From positions 168,888,001-168,952,000 of the forward strand of contig OZ024743.1 in the NCBI GenBank assembly GCA_964016885.1: 64,000 bases of DNA, read 5' to 3'. Under the pieces are notes generated by a model. That model was not told the DNA's origin. It was given only the letters and a program-made list of their open reading frames with translations, and did no database searches. How positions within the stretch are numbered: the stretch's first letter is position 1; every line of letters starts with the position of its first letter. The DNA is from Eledone cirrhosa. Taxonomy: Eukaryota. Both the position numbers and the translations under genes were made by a program. This document shows positions 41,430 to 53,429 of the stretch, piece after piece.

Positions 41430-41777
41430 AATATATAAACAACTATCTGGTTGTGGAACCAACCAACCAACCAGAAATTTATAAATTCCTAAATTTATAA
41501 ATTTATTATAATAAATTGAAGTGAAAGCAACTGGTGCGTGTGTTTCTTATTGGCAACATGACCCTCCCAAAGTATAACAATATATATATATATATATATA
41601 ATACGAAAGAAGTGTGATAAGGAACCAGATGGACCATAACGCACCAGAGTACTCAATACTTAAGGTAGTAGAGTGGGTAATAGGCAAATGTTTAACCCCG
41701 ACGGCAGAGCTTAAGCCGTTTCGACGGCTATTTCTGGCCTCAAAAACGGCTTGAACTCTGCCGTCGGGGTTAAACAT

Positions 41778-41823
<46 letters not shown>

Positions 41824-41846
41824 TATTATTATTATTATTATTATTA

Positions 41847-41993
41847 AAAATATTAATAAATGAAAAATATTCTCATAATCAAAATATATATTTTATTATA
41901 CATATTTCAGAGGTACAATGGTGTTTAAGTACGTTTTCATCAGATAAAATATATATTTTGATTATGAGAATATTTTTCATTTATTAATATTTT
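41847..41993 (-). ncRNA. Minimal type I hammerhead fold whose stem I is a 50-bp inverted repeat
   Basis: - strand: ..ATTTTAT-CTGATGA-AAACGTAC..GTACCTCT-GAAA-TATGTA-TA-ATAAAAT..; AUA triplet; stem II has two mismatches. Confidence 0.6.
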
Positions 41994-42801
41994 GAATAAC
42001 TCCAGAAAAATTATTGTCGAGTGCTTCTAATCTATTGTAAAATTGTATTCGTTGAATAATCAACGAACCATATAAACTTTGGTTATATAAATATAAATAT
42101 ATATATATATAAATATAAATATATATATATAAATATATATTTAAATATCATCATGGTATTGGTTTATAAAAACATATCTGTACGCCGACTTGCTGACCAG
42201 ATAACCCCTCAATACAAGGGTGTTAAAACCTCCGAAGCAGAGGGTGCACACACTATATTGTTACTGGTACAGCAAATTAGACATCTTAAATCAAATAAAA
42301 TAAAAATAGAGTATGCAATCAGATAGAACGACGAAAAATCACTTACTTTACATGAGCAATACATTGTTTACCAGTACACCCAAATAGCTCTTTCTAGCTC
42401 TTGAAGAAAACGCGATAATTACCAGAATTAATTGAACACTTAACATGCTGAGATAAAAACTGTCATCAGTGGACGAATCTTAGTTAATTAATCAACTGAT
42501 CAGTTAGTGAATAATCAATAAATCAATTAACTACCAATACGTGTGGTACAAAGCCCTCAAAACCTGTAGCATGTGAGGCGGTCGTACACGGAATGCTATA
42601 GTCATGTACAGAGGAAGGCAGAGGGTCTACTAATATAGACCGTGTCATTCGTGAAGAACTCAATCTATGTTTATTAGCATGGGAGTAATTATAATCAAGA
42701 TCAGCATACAAAAAAGAAGTTTGTTCACTGACTTGCTGACTACGTAACCCCTCAATGCAAGCGCACCAAAATTCCCGAAGAAGAAAGAACATATATGTAA
42801 C

Positions 42802-42995
42802 GGCGGTGAATTGGCAGTATCGGTAGAGGGTCTGACGCAATGCTTTGTAGCATAGAGTTACGTCCCTTTACGTTCAGCGTTCAAATCCCGCCGAGGTTAA
42901 CGTTGCCTTTCATACTTACGGGGTCGATAAAATAAAGTACAAATAATACACTGTGGTAATTGCTGGCCTTGTGCCAAAGGTAGAAGCAAATATTG
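42802..42995 (+). mobile_element. tRNA-derived SINE, same family
   Basis: GGCGGTGAATTGGCAGTATCGG head, GTTCAAATCC, core and tail. Confidence 0.85.
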
Positions 42996-43382
42996 TATAT
43001 ATGTACATGTCCATCTACATATCGATCAATCTGTGATAAGGGTTGAAATATGTGGATTTACTAAACTACGATATGAATGCCGATAATTAGTCTTTAGATT
43101 TAGTGCGTGATTTTATGGGTGGGACGCTAGATTTAAAAAACACGTGAAATATTGACTAAGAGAGAAAGTGAGAGATAACAAGTCAAAGAGTGGAGGACAT
43201 AAAAAATATGAAAAAATGAAAAGAAAAGGATGGAGTAGGGGAGGTAATTACATATAGTTCTAGAATACTATGACATAAAAACAAATAAAGAAAGTTAAAC
43301 AATGTGCGAAGGGAGGTAATTAGATATGTTTGTACAACGTACACAATTAGACGCTTGTTTCACATTTTGATATGTATATAAA

Positions 43383-43458
<76 letters not shown>

Positions 43459-43694
43459 ATACATTAACGGAGCCATAGACTCTCGCCGTTCCCTGTAAAT
43501 AATGTGCTCAAAGGAGAGGAAATCCTGACCACTTTAAAATACAATATCTTGAAAAGGTAACACAGTAGAGAGAGATACAGTGCGCTATCAATAAATCAGG
43601 GAAAAACTACCAGTGTATGGAATCTATAACCTATGAAAGGCAGAATATAGACACGATAATTAAAAATATAAATTAAAGCGTAAATAAATACCTC

Positions 43695-43797
43695 TATAAC
43701 TATATAACACACGTACAAATCCAAAGTGATCTGTTTCGCCAGTAAGTTGTTGACAGAAATGAAATAACCCAGGTTCATCAGCGTGTGTAAGGCTATA
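43695..43797 (-). ncRNA. Type I hammerhead ribozyme fold
   Basis: - strand: ACACACG-CTGATGA-[ACC TGGGTT..AACTTA CT GGC]-GAA-ACAGATC actttg GATTTGT-A-CGTGTGT. 7-bp stem I, 7-bp stem III, GUA triplet; the stem II base pair is A.C. Confidence 0.75.
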
Positions 43798-44201
43798 CAT
43801 TTCAGACAACACTAAGAGAATTTTTAAAGCGACCGTCCAACTACACATGGGAGAGAGAAGTCACAGCGTGTTTAAGGGCAGTGAACCAGTGGCCTCTGAG
43901 GGACGAACTGCTAGAAAGGGCAGCCCCAAAACAACTCAGAGAAGTGTGCTCAACAAAACAGAGAGAGAGAGAGGAAAGACTGTTATAAGGAGCGAAATAT
44001 CACGATACATTAACGGAGCCATAGATTCTCGCCGGTCCCTATAAATAATGTGCTCAAAGGAGAGGAAATGCTGAGCTCATACTCTGCCTTTCCTAGGTTA
44101 TAGATTCCATACACTGGTGGTTTTTCCCTGATTTATTGATAGCGCACTGTATCTCTCTCTAGTGTGTTACCTTTTCAAAATATTGTATATATATATATAT
44201 A

Positions 44202-45020
44202 GTAGCAGCAGAACGCAGCGTTGCACGGGGTAGGAAACGTGAAATAGCAACACGCATATGAAAAGTTTGAGGAATGTAGCTGTGTACTTTTTGAATACCC
44301 TTATTCTCAGGAAATGATTGAGGAGCGACGTAGTCAATTGTGTGAAAACCAAGTAGGGATGTATGTTTAAGTAGGGATATTGAGATGACGAAATCAGCGT
44401 GGCAACGCAGAGGTAGCAGAAGGGGGTCATAGTGCAATTAGTACAAATGCAGGGCGGCACTGGTTGCACTGCGTTTACACAGCAACAAAGGTGCGACAAA
44501 AGGAGTCACCTTGGAATTAGGACAACCGCTGTTCGTCGTACTTACGCAGGGCATTCATATTGCGGTATAGGTGCAACAAAAGGGGTCTTAGTAGAAGTAG
44601 AAGAGACGTGAGTTTTACGGTGTCAATAACACACCAACGTACTCAGGGCTCGGATTTGCGCATGATGATATCACGAAGCGTCAATAGGGCGCCGACAAAA
44701 ATTTTAAGGAGCTCCTCATTTCCTCAATCCTCCGAAAATATGTCTTCGTTAAATAAACCAAATTTTTAACGAAATATTATACGCTACTTACGATGTTTAA
44801 GTAGCGTATTTCCTAGAAACCATTCAAGTGTCTTTAAAATGAGATTTTTCGCCCTAGGGCAGAAAAAGTTAAAATTCTTTTAGCCCATTGCACTTCAGGA
44901 AATATAAGTAATACATGTGTAAAGTTTGAAAAAATTCAGTCGGGTATTTCTCGAGTTTTAGAGATTTACACAGGCAGGCAGACACACACACAGACAGACA
45001 TCCTCTGTATAGATATATAG
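44202..45020 (-). mobile_element. Non-autonomous Helitron (degenerate 3' end)
   Basis: The - strand starts TCTATATATCTATAC..TGTCTGTCTGTGTG and ends CCCGTGCAACGCTGCG..GCTAC(T). Confidence 0.6.
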
Positions 45021-45859
45021 ATATAAATGACTGTGTGTGTTTCCGCATAACTTCTACAACTTGCAACCGATTTTCTTCAAATTTGGCACAAACATGCGTT
45101 ATTCTCCTGAGCTTCGTAGGAACTCATAACATTTTCAAATTTGTCTCTACTGCGCCGTCTATAAGAGAAAAAGACTCAAAAAATCATTTTTGTCAATAAC
45201 TTCTACAGTTTACATCCGATTTCCTTCAAATTTGGAACAAACATGCATTACGTTCAGCTTTATTTTGGAGTCATAACATTTTATTTAGTGCACCTGCTGA
45301 ACTAGAAAAAATGAATCGAAAAAATTCGCATCGTTATAACGCCCACTATTTGCGACCGATTTCCTTCAAATTTGGAACAACTATGCCTCATGTACCAAAC
45401 ATTATTTCGGACTAACCAATTTTTCGAGTATTTATCTACTCATAAGATTTTAGTTGTTCTTCTTACTGTAGCCTCCTAGCAGCTTAAAATCAACTCAAAC
45501 GGCCACTTCAATTGCATGGTTTACTGCTTGGTCCATGCGGGTTTATCGATTTTTCCCCACTGGCATAGCACGTGATGCACAGATGTTTAGTATAATGGTT
45601 GTACCAGAAAAAGCTTAATTGCTGAAAAAGAATCAAAACCGATCTATTGAAAAAGTCCCCGCCAACTGTTAGCAACAATAACACCGGGTGTTACTGCTTT
45701 ATTCTTTTCACCAAAGAAGTAGGGCACAAACTATAACTTATGTTTCCGCTCCATGTGAGTAACAACTCACAATCATATTTGATTTTTTATTTATACGTGC
45801 TACTACTCCATTGAAGTTTAATTTTTCCAACCCCATGCAACGCTGGGCTCCATTGCCAG

Positions 45860-45869
<10 letters not shown>
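45004..45869 (+). mobile_element. Non-autonomous Helitron with internal CCGATTTYCTTCAAATTTGG repeats
   Basis: 5' TCTGTATAGATATATAG; three internal repeats; 3' CCCATGCAACGCTGGG hairpin then CCAG|T. Confidence 0.6.
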
Positions 45870-45934
<65 letters not shown>

Positions 45935-45936
45935 CG

Positions 45937-46550
45937 TCAGGTCACCAGTTGGTGCTACTGGTAACATGTATCCCAGTACAACCTGTCTCATGGTCGGGTG
46001 TCGTTGGCGACTAAACTGGCAACCCCACCAAGGTTTCTTGGTGAGGAGGGTGACTTTGGACATCCTGCAGGACTAAAAACAAAACCTGGCAAAGGGCAAA
46101 GGAGCTCTTAAGAGTCAATGGCCATCCAAATATCACAGGGAGAGATGACCCCTTAGCCTTTGTCAAGGCAGAATTCTAGGAGAAGGAAAACTCTGATATA
46201 ACACCTGCAACCCTGATGATATCCAATGATGTTGACTTGTTTTTCTTTTTGGTAAATATCATCTTGGTTAAGAGAGTGGGACTGGATTTGTGCAGTGCCT
46301 TTGCTCACTATAAAAGCTTCACGGCACAGGCATTGCGTTATATCTGGAGAACTCTCTGCACTTGTCGTCACATGGTACCATGGGCCCAGCACTATGTGTC
46401 AATAATTGTCACAAGTGTAGTGTTTGTACCAGCGTTTTCAAGTTGCTGGCTGGACTAAAAAGTCACACTCGTTCAGCGCATCGGTAGGGGTTCTCCTACA
46501 TGGATATAAAGTAGTGGCCGTACTCGATAACGAGTTGGCAGCCACCATGT
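45937..46550 (+). mobile_element. Non-autonomous RTE-like short element between (TATG)n tracts
   Basis: Starts GTCAGGTCAC, contains the RTE-5'UTR-like GGAGAAGGAAAACTCTGA, ends GAGTTGGCAGCCACCATG(TATG)n. Homologues at 59.1-60.3 kb. Confidence 0.6.
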
Positions 46551-46637
46551 ATGTATCTATGTATGTATGTATGTATGTATGTATGTACGTATGTATGTAT
46601 GTATGTATGAATGTATGTATGTATGTATGTATGTATG

Positions 46638-46739
<102 letters not shown>

Positions 46740-46982
46740 TGACTGCTCGTAGTGACGGGTGGGTCTGCGGCGGCTATCTAAATAATGTTGGGGTTTTCTA
46801 TTGTTCAAGAATGAATTTAGTGGTTTAGGGTTTAGGGCCAATGTTTGAAATAATTGGGCCGGGAGACAAGATTGTTGGTAGACTTCATAAGTGTATTTTT
46901 TAGAACATTCCATCCTTCGGCCGTGCATATCTAACATTTTCGGGATGGCGGTGGAGGCACTGGAATAAGTTCTGGATTTCTC

Positions 46983-47616
46983 GTAGCTCACATTTTATCC
47001 GAGTGTAAACATCCAACCCAGACTCACTATAAAGGCTGGAGACAGGATGTGATAGGAAAGGTGATTCACTGGCATCTATGAAAACTAAACAATTTACCGT
47101 ATTCTGAGAAGTCGTATGAGCATAAGCCAGAGTCGGTGATAGAAAACGATCGAGTGAAGGTGCTATGGGATTCCAGGATACAGATGGACAAGAAATTAGA
47201 ACACAATAGGCCTGACATGGTGGTTTTGGGCAAGGAAAGAAGATCGTGCCTGATTGTAGATGTAGCCGGCCCATTTGACACGTGAGTGCAAGAAAAGGAG
47301 AAGGAGAAAATTAACCGATACCAGGATTTAAAGTGGGAGTAAAAAAGGATTTGGAACTGTCACGAGATCAAGGTCGTCCTGATTGTCATAGGCTCAGAAG
47401 GTGCTATCTCAAAGTGTTTTTAAGGATGGTTAAAGAACACTAGTCCAGCCCAGTTTTTTGGAATATTTCAAAAGGCATGCTTGCTGGGAACAGCAAGAAA
47501 CATCCGATACATCCTGAATATCTGAGGCTGCAGGTAGCGGTTTGATGTTTATTTGAACAAATCTTCCAGCTAAATAACATCAATGACTGAGACTCAAAGA
47601 ATAATAATAATAATAA
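46983..47616 (+). mobile_element. R4/Dong-like LINE 3' fragment, same family as 62161-64000
   Basis: Visibly near-identical to 63378-63980. RLE motif HNRPD, (AAT)n tail. Confidence 0.85.
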
Positions 47617-47629
47617 GAAGAAGAAGAAG

Positions 47630-50257
47630 AACCAAAGAAACTTCAACAGAAAAATACAATACCACCCAAGGAGGAAGTGCAATAATTCTGGGAAAAGATC
47701 TGGGCCGAAGAAAAAGTTCATAATATACATGCCCCATGGATAGACAGACAAATGAAAGATACAGCTCACCTTGAGGAACAAATATGGGAAAATATAACAG
47801 TTGAACAGTTGCGTTTGGCTCTTAGAAAAACCAGCAAATGGAAATCCCCAGGAAAAGACAAAATACCAAATTTTTGGATAAATGCCTTCACAGAGTCTCA
47901 TGAGCTGTTAGCCCAACTTTACAATGAAATAGTTAAGGTGCCAGAAAAGATACCATCGTGGCTAGTTAACGGCATTACATTCCTGCTTCCGAAGAATGAT
48001 GAGACAAACAATCCCAAAAATTACAGACCGATAACTTGCTTGACCACAATGTATACAATTTTAACATCAGTCCTAACTGAATATACATATGACCACCTGA
48101 TAACAAATGACCTATTTCCCAATGAGCAGAAAGGGTATAAACGAGGCTCATATGGCTGTAAGGATCAGCTTTTGGTTAACAAAATGATATTGGAAGATTG
48201 TCGTAATAGACACAACAATCTATCAATTGCTTGGATAGATTATAAAAAAGCATTCGATAGTTTGCCACAGTTGGATTGAAAAATGCTTAGAGATTTTCAA
48301 AATATCTCCCGTTGTCAGGAGGTTCCTGTCATTCAGTATGAAGACATGGAAAACGACACTCCTTTTGAATAGTGAAACAAAATCACTGGAAGCTGGAGAA
48401 GTTAATATTAATTTTGGAATTTTTCAGGGTGACTCTTTATCACCGCTTTTATTCTGCATCGCACTTATACCATTAAGTAAAATGCTCAATGAAACAAAAC
48501 ATGGATATAAAGTCTATGACAAAACCATTAATCACTTGTTCTACATGGATGACCTGAAACTATTTGAAAAAGATGATGAACAATTGCAAGGGCTATTATC
48601 AACTGTGGAGCAGTTCAGTGATGACGTTAAAATGGAGTTTGGACTAGATAAATGCGCCAAAGCAACGTTCACCAGAGGAAAGCTGTTGAAAAGTTCAGAC
48701 ATTAATCTTGATCGGGGGAATGTGATAACAGGACTTGATCAAGAGGAAACTTACAAATATCTAGGTGTTTGTGAAGGAGACGGAATTAAGCACTCGACAA
48801 TGAGAGAAAGGATAAGGAAGTAATGTTACGGCAGAGTAAGAGCAATGTTAAGAACGGAATTGAATGCAAGGAATAGGATCGATGCTATAAACACGCTTGC
48901 CATACCAGTAGTAACCTACAGTTACAATGTCATCAACTGGTCAAGCACAGAGATCCGTAGGCTCCATACAAAAAGTAGAACATTCTTAACCATGCACAGA
49001 ATGCATCACCCTAAGCCAGATACAGATAGAATATATCTCCCTAGGAAAGAAAGATGACGTGGGTTAATCCAGTTAGATATTGCGTTGAAAACTGCAACAA
49101 TTGGATTATCTACATATCTAAGGGAATCACATGATTGGATTATCAAACTCGTTTTGAAACACAAAAGCATCATACTCCATTACAGAAGATGCACAAAGAT
49201 ACAGTAATTGACGACAAATTTCAGAAGTCCCATTTACTGCTGAAATGGAAAACACAGAAAAAGCAAAGCAGGTAAAAGTAACTGCAAAGAAAGAACTGCT
49301 ACAGAAACTGCTAAAGAAACTGGCTAAGAAATGGCAAGAAAGGCCTCTGTATAGAAAATACACAGAAAGAGCTAACAATCCTGATATTGACAAAACTTTA
49401 ACCCATCAGTGGTTGGCATCCTCTGGACTGAAATCGGAGACTGAAGGACTGATTATATCAGCACAAGATCAGTGTCTGCCAACAAAAAATTACCAAGCCA
49501 ACATAATAAAAAATGGATGCAACCCATTATGCCGTGTATGTAAAAAACAACCAGAGACCATTGATCATATAATTTAAATGTGCAGTCTTATAGCACCAAC
49601 CGAATACCTAAACAGGCATGACAGAGCTGCACAATACATACATTGGATAATGTGTAAGCATTTTGACCTGCCCCATCAAAAGAATTGGTGAGAACATCAA
49701 CCACCTCCCATGCTTGAAAAAGATCACATCTCAATCTTGTGGAACTTTAGCATCCAAACAGACCGAAAAATAGATGCAAATAGACCTGATATAATACTGA
49801 AGGACTTTAAAAAGAGGGTATGCCTGCTAATTGATATGTCCGTTCCAATGGACAAGAATGTATTTATAAAAACATTTGAAAATTGAGCATGTATAAGGAC
49901 CTGGAGATAGAAATTGGAAAAATGTGGAAATTGAGAACTAAAACAATACCAGTGGTTGTAGGCGCTCTAGGAATGATACCTAAGGGGTCTAATGATTACT
50001 TATCGCAAATCCCAGGAAACCCGCGTATAGGAGAAATACAAAAGATAGTACTAATGGGAACTGCCCATATACTAAGGAAGATTCTGTCAATATAAGTACA
50101 TCACAAGTCTAAACACCTAAAGATGCATGTGTGTGTATGTATGTTCTTTCTTGAACATGGCGCAACTTGTTGTCTCTTGAGGTCACTGGTTGTGACTTGG
50201 TGATAACTCGTATGAACATAAAGCAAGATAAATGCAATTATAATAATAATAATAATA

Positions 50258-50295
<38 letters not shown>
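47630..50295 (+). mobile_element. R4/Dong-like LINE, 5'-truncated and disrupted
   Basis: WKSPGKD, NYRPITCL, WIDYKKAFDS, GIFQGDSLSPLLF, HLFYMDDLK, CRVC..H, NRPDIIL. (AAT)n tail. Confidence 0.9.
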
Positions 50296-50327
<32 letters not shown>

Positions 50328-50539
50328 AAGATACGCACATGATTGACAGAGTGTTATGGATTCGCTCCGGTAAGTTTTTGATTTTTTACTTATTTAAAAC
50401 AATTGTGATAGAATAATTCTTATTACAATTGGAACATAAGATACCAGTCTTCACTCTCAGGAAGTGGCAACGCATCACATTAGGGCATAGGGTTCCAATA
50501 TTTTAATATTTAATTTTGTATCAGAAATTTTGTAGTAAA

Positions 50540-51300
50540 AAAGAAAATGGTTCGGAACAACAGCCAAATAATTTCACCACCAACACCCCTACCGCCGCCA
50601 CTGCCATCACCACTACCAGCCAAGCTACATCACCACTGCCTACTATCCCATCACCACCGCCAACACTGCATCATCGCTACCACCACTATTCCCTCACTGC
50701 CTCCTGTTAAAAGAGAGGGATGATGGTAGTGCCACTACAGAGAATAAGCGAGGAAGGCATCAAAATATATAAATAGACTGATTTAGTGACCCGGTCTAAC
50801 AGCTAACAACAACAACACAAACATAATTATTGTTGCTGCATCTCTAAACTCTAAACTCTCTCAAAATGTTTAGTTTAAACGATGTCAAATCTAAACTATA
50901 ATATAATAATAATAATAAGCTACAAGTCGAAAGATAATAGAACAGAACACAAGAAAATGGTTACGAACAACAGCCAAATAAGTTCACCACCAACAGCACC
51001 ACCGCCATCACCACTACAACAAAAAAAATATAGCCAGGCTGCAGCAACACCATCACTATAGTACTACTACCCCATCGCCACTGCCACCACTGCATCATCG
51101 CTACCATCACTACACACATGAATGAATAAGCGAGGAAGGCATCAAAAGATATAAATAGACTGATTTAGTGACCTGGTCAAACAGCTTACAACGACAACAC
51201 CAAAATAATAATTATTGTTGTTGTACCTCTAAACTCTAAACTCTAAACTCTCTCAAAATGTTTAGTTTAAACGATGTCAAATTTAAACTATAATATAATA
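50540..51300. repeat. Diverged tandem duplication of about 400 bp (CAC-rich)
   Basis: AAGAAAATGGTT..AACAACAGCCAAATAA at about 50540 and 50951; shared ends ..AAACTATAATATAATAAT. Confidence 0.85.
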
Positions 51301-52262
51301 ATAATTGTTTCTACTTTTGGCACAAGGCCAGCAATTATCCCAGTGCATTACTGGGACTTTATAATAATAATAATAATAATAATTGTTTCTACTTTAGGCA
51401 CAAGGCCAGCAATTACCCAGTGCATTACTGGTACTTTATTTTATCGACCCCGTAAGGATGAAAGGCAAAGTTAACCTGGGCGCGATTTGAACTCAGAACA
51501 TAAAGGGCCATAACTCTATGTTGTAAAGCATGGTGTCTGACGCTCTATCGATGCTGCCAATTCACCTAATAATAATTGTTTTTACTATTGGCACAAAGCC
51601 AGTAATTACTCAGTACATTACTGGTACTTTATTTTATCGACCCCGTAAGGATGAAAGGCAAAGTTAACATCGGCGGGATTTGAACTCAAAATGGCAAAGG
51701 CTGTAACTCTATACGTCAAAGCATGGCGTCCGACCCTCAACCGATACTGTCTATCCACCTAATAATAATTGTTTCTACTTTTGGCACAAGGCCAGCAATT
51801 ATCCCAGTGTATTACTGGTACTTTATTTTATCGACCCCGTAAGGAAGAAAGGCAAAGTTAACGTCAGCGGGATTTGAACTCAGATCGTAAAGGGACGTAA
51901 CTACGCTGGAAAGCATGGTGTCTGACTCTCCACCAATACTGCCAATTCACCTAATAATAATTGTATCTACTTTTTGGCACAAGGCCAGCAATTAACCAGT
52001 ACATTACTGGTACTTTATTTTATCGACCCCGTAAGGATGAAAGGCAAAGTTAACCTCGGCGGGATTTGAACTCAGAATGGCAAGGGCCGTAACTCTATGC
52101 GTCAAAGCATAGCGTCTGACCCTCTACCGATACTGCCAATCCACCGCACATTTCACCTAATAATAATTGTTTCTACTTTTGACACGAGGCCAGCAACTAA
52201 CCAGTACATTACTGGTACTTTATTTTATCGACCCCGTAAGGATGAAAGGCATAGTTAACCTA
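51300..52262 (-). mobile_element. Head-to-tail array of about 190-bp tRNA-derived SINEs (4 full and 2 partial copies)
   Basis: On the - strand each full unit has a box A-like TGGCAGTATCGG, box B GAGTTCAAATCC, core GCCTTTCATCCTTACGGGGTCGATAAAAT and tail GGCCTTGTGCCAAAAGTAGAAACAATT(ATT)n. Confidence 0.88.
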
Positions 52263-52270
52263 ATAATAAT

Positions 52271-52550
52271 AAAGACCAGATATCATTGTAAAAGACCAAC
52301 ATAACAAGGTCTGTTTATTGATTGATTTGAGCATCCCATGCGATCAAAATAACACGGCAAAAAAATTTGACAAGCAAAGAAAATATAATGATCTGCTAAT
52401 TGAAATCGAAAAATGTGGCTGTAGGAGCTCTGGGAATGGTCAAAAAAGAAACAGAACAGTGTTTGAAAATAATCACAGATTTACCCTCCCTGCAAGAGAT
52501 GCCAAAAAAGTTGTTTTGACTGGTACTGCACACGTATTGAGAAGAGCATG
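52271..52550 (+). mobile_element. R4/Dong-like LINE RLE-domain fragment
   Basis: RPDIIVKD..LIDLSIP..GTAHVLRRA; starts directly after a (TAA)n tract. Confidence 0.7.
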
Positions 52551-52671
52551 GTATCTCGCCTTGTATGCATGTGTGGATGAGCGTGTGTGTCTGTGTATTT
52601 TTGTTTACATGTATGTACATGTATGTGTATGTATGTGTATATATGTGTATGGGTTTGTATCTGTGTGTGTG

Positions 52672-52719
<48 letters not shown>

Positions 52720-52908
52720 AACATTTTCGCTCTACATGGCTGAATACAATAAATGTAATCGGTGTTTTTCGATTATTAATAATAGCATTCGATTCTTTTG
52801 CAATTATACAAACCCTCAATTTCATAGCGAGTCTGCTTAATATGCAAATCAGGCCGATTAGTCACTGTGTATTTTTGAAAATAGCATATATTTTCACTAG
52901 CTCTGACA

Positions 52909-52990
52909 GTTGGCAGGTGAACAGTGAGCTGTACTGTTGAAGGGTTATACCCAGAAACATTAGTGTCTGCAGTTCTGTTCACATGCCAAC
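52909..52990 (+). ncRNA. Type I hammerhead fold, tandem copy 1 (core CTGTTGA)
   Basis: GTTGGCAGGTGAACAG..AGCTGTA-CTGTTGA-AGGGT tat ACCCA-GAAACAT ta GTGTC-TGCAGTTCTGTTCACATGCCAAC. Stem I of more than 20 bp, GUC triplet. Confidence 0.7.
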
Positions 52991-53346
52991 ACAAGAGCAA
53001 GAGTGAAGGGTTCATTCTACTGACATGGCTATAAAATTGTGGCTTGTTTGCATAATTGCAATCGAATCGAATGTTATTATTAATATTTGAAAAACTCAGA
53101 TTACATTTATTCTATTCAGCCATGTAGAGCCAAAATTTTCTTTTTTATTTGAATCAGGCAAAGCCGGCCAATTATCGCTCGTATACAGGAAACTGACTGG
53201 CCAGTCTGCTGATATGCAAATCTGGCTGATCAGTGGATCTGCTAATATGCAAATCTGACTGATCAGCCAGTCTGCTAATATGAAAATCAGGCCGATTAGT
53301 CACTGTGTATTTTTGAAAATAGCATATATTTTCACTAGCTCTGACA

Positions 53347-53429
53347 GTTTGATAGGTGAACAGTGAACTGTACTAATGAAGGGTGATACCCAGAAATATT
53401 AGTGTCTGCAATTCTGTTCACATGCCAAC
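53347..53429 (+). ncRNA. Type I hammerhead fold, tandem copy 2 (core CTAATGA)
   Basis: Same fold about 439 bp downstream; the two cores give the consensus CTGATGA. Confidence 0.65.

Larger units (their letters stand above)
41067..41583. repeat. Near-perfect palindrome, arms of about 255 bp, 3-nt loop (41321-41323)
   Basis: The arms differ by two substitutions and one 6-nt indel, as read by eye. Confidence 0.95.

Noticed and set aside
41180-41470. Mirror 82-aa ORFs on both strands
   Set aside because: A consequence of the palindrome; no protein motif or splice support.
51300-52262. CRISPR-like look of regularly spaced repeats
   Set aside because: Units are about 190-bp SINEs homologous along their whole length. 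There are no unique spacers or cas genes, and the DNA is eukaryotic.
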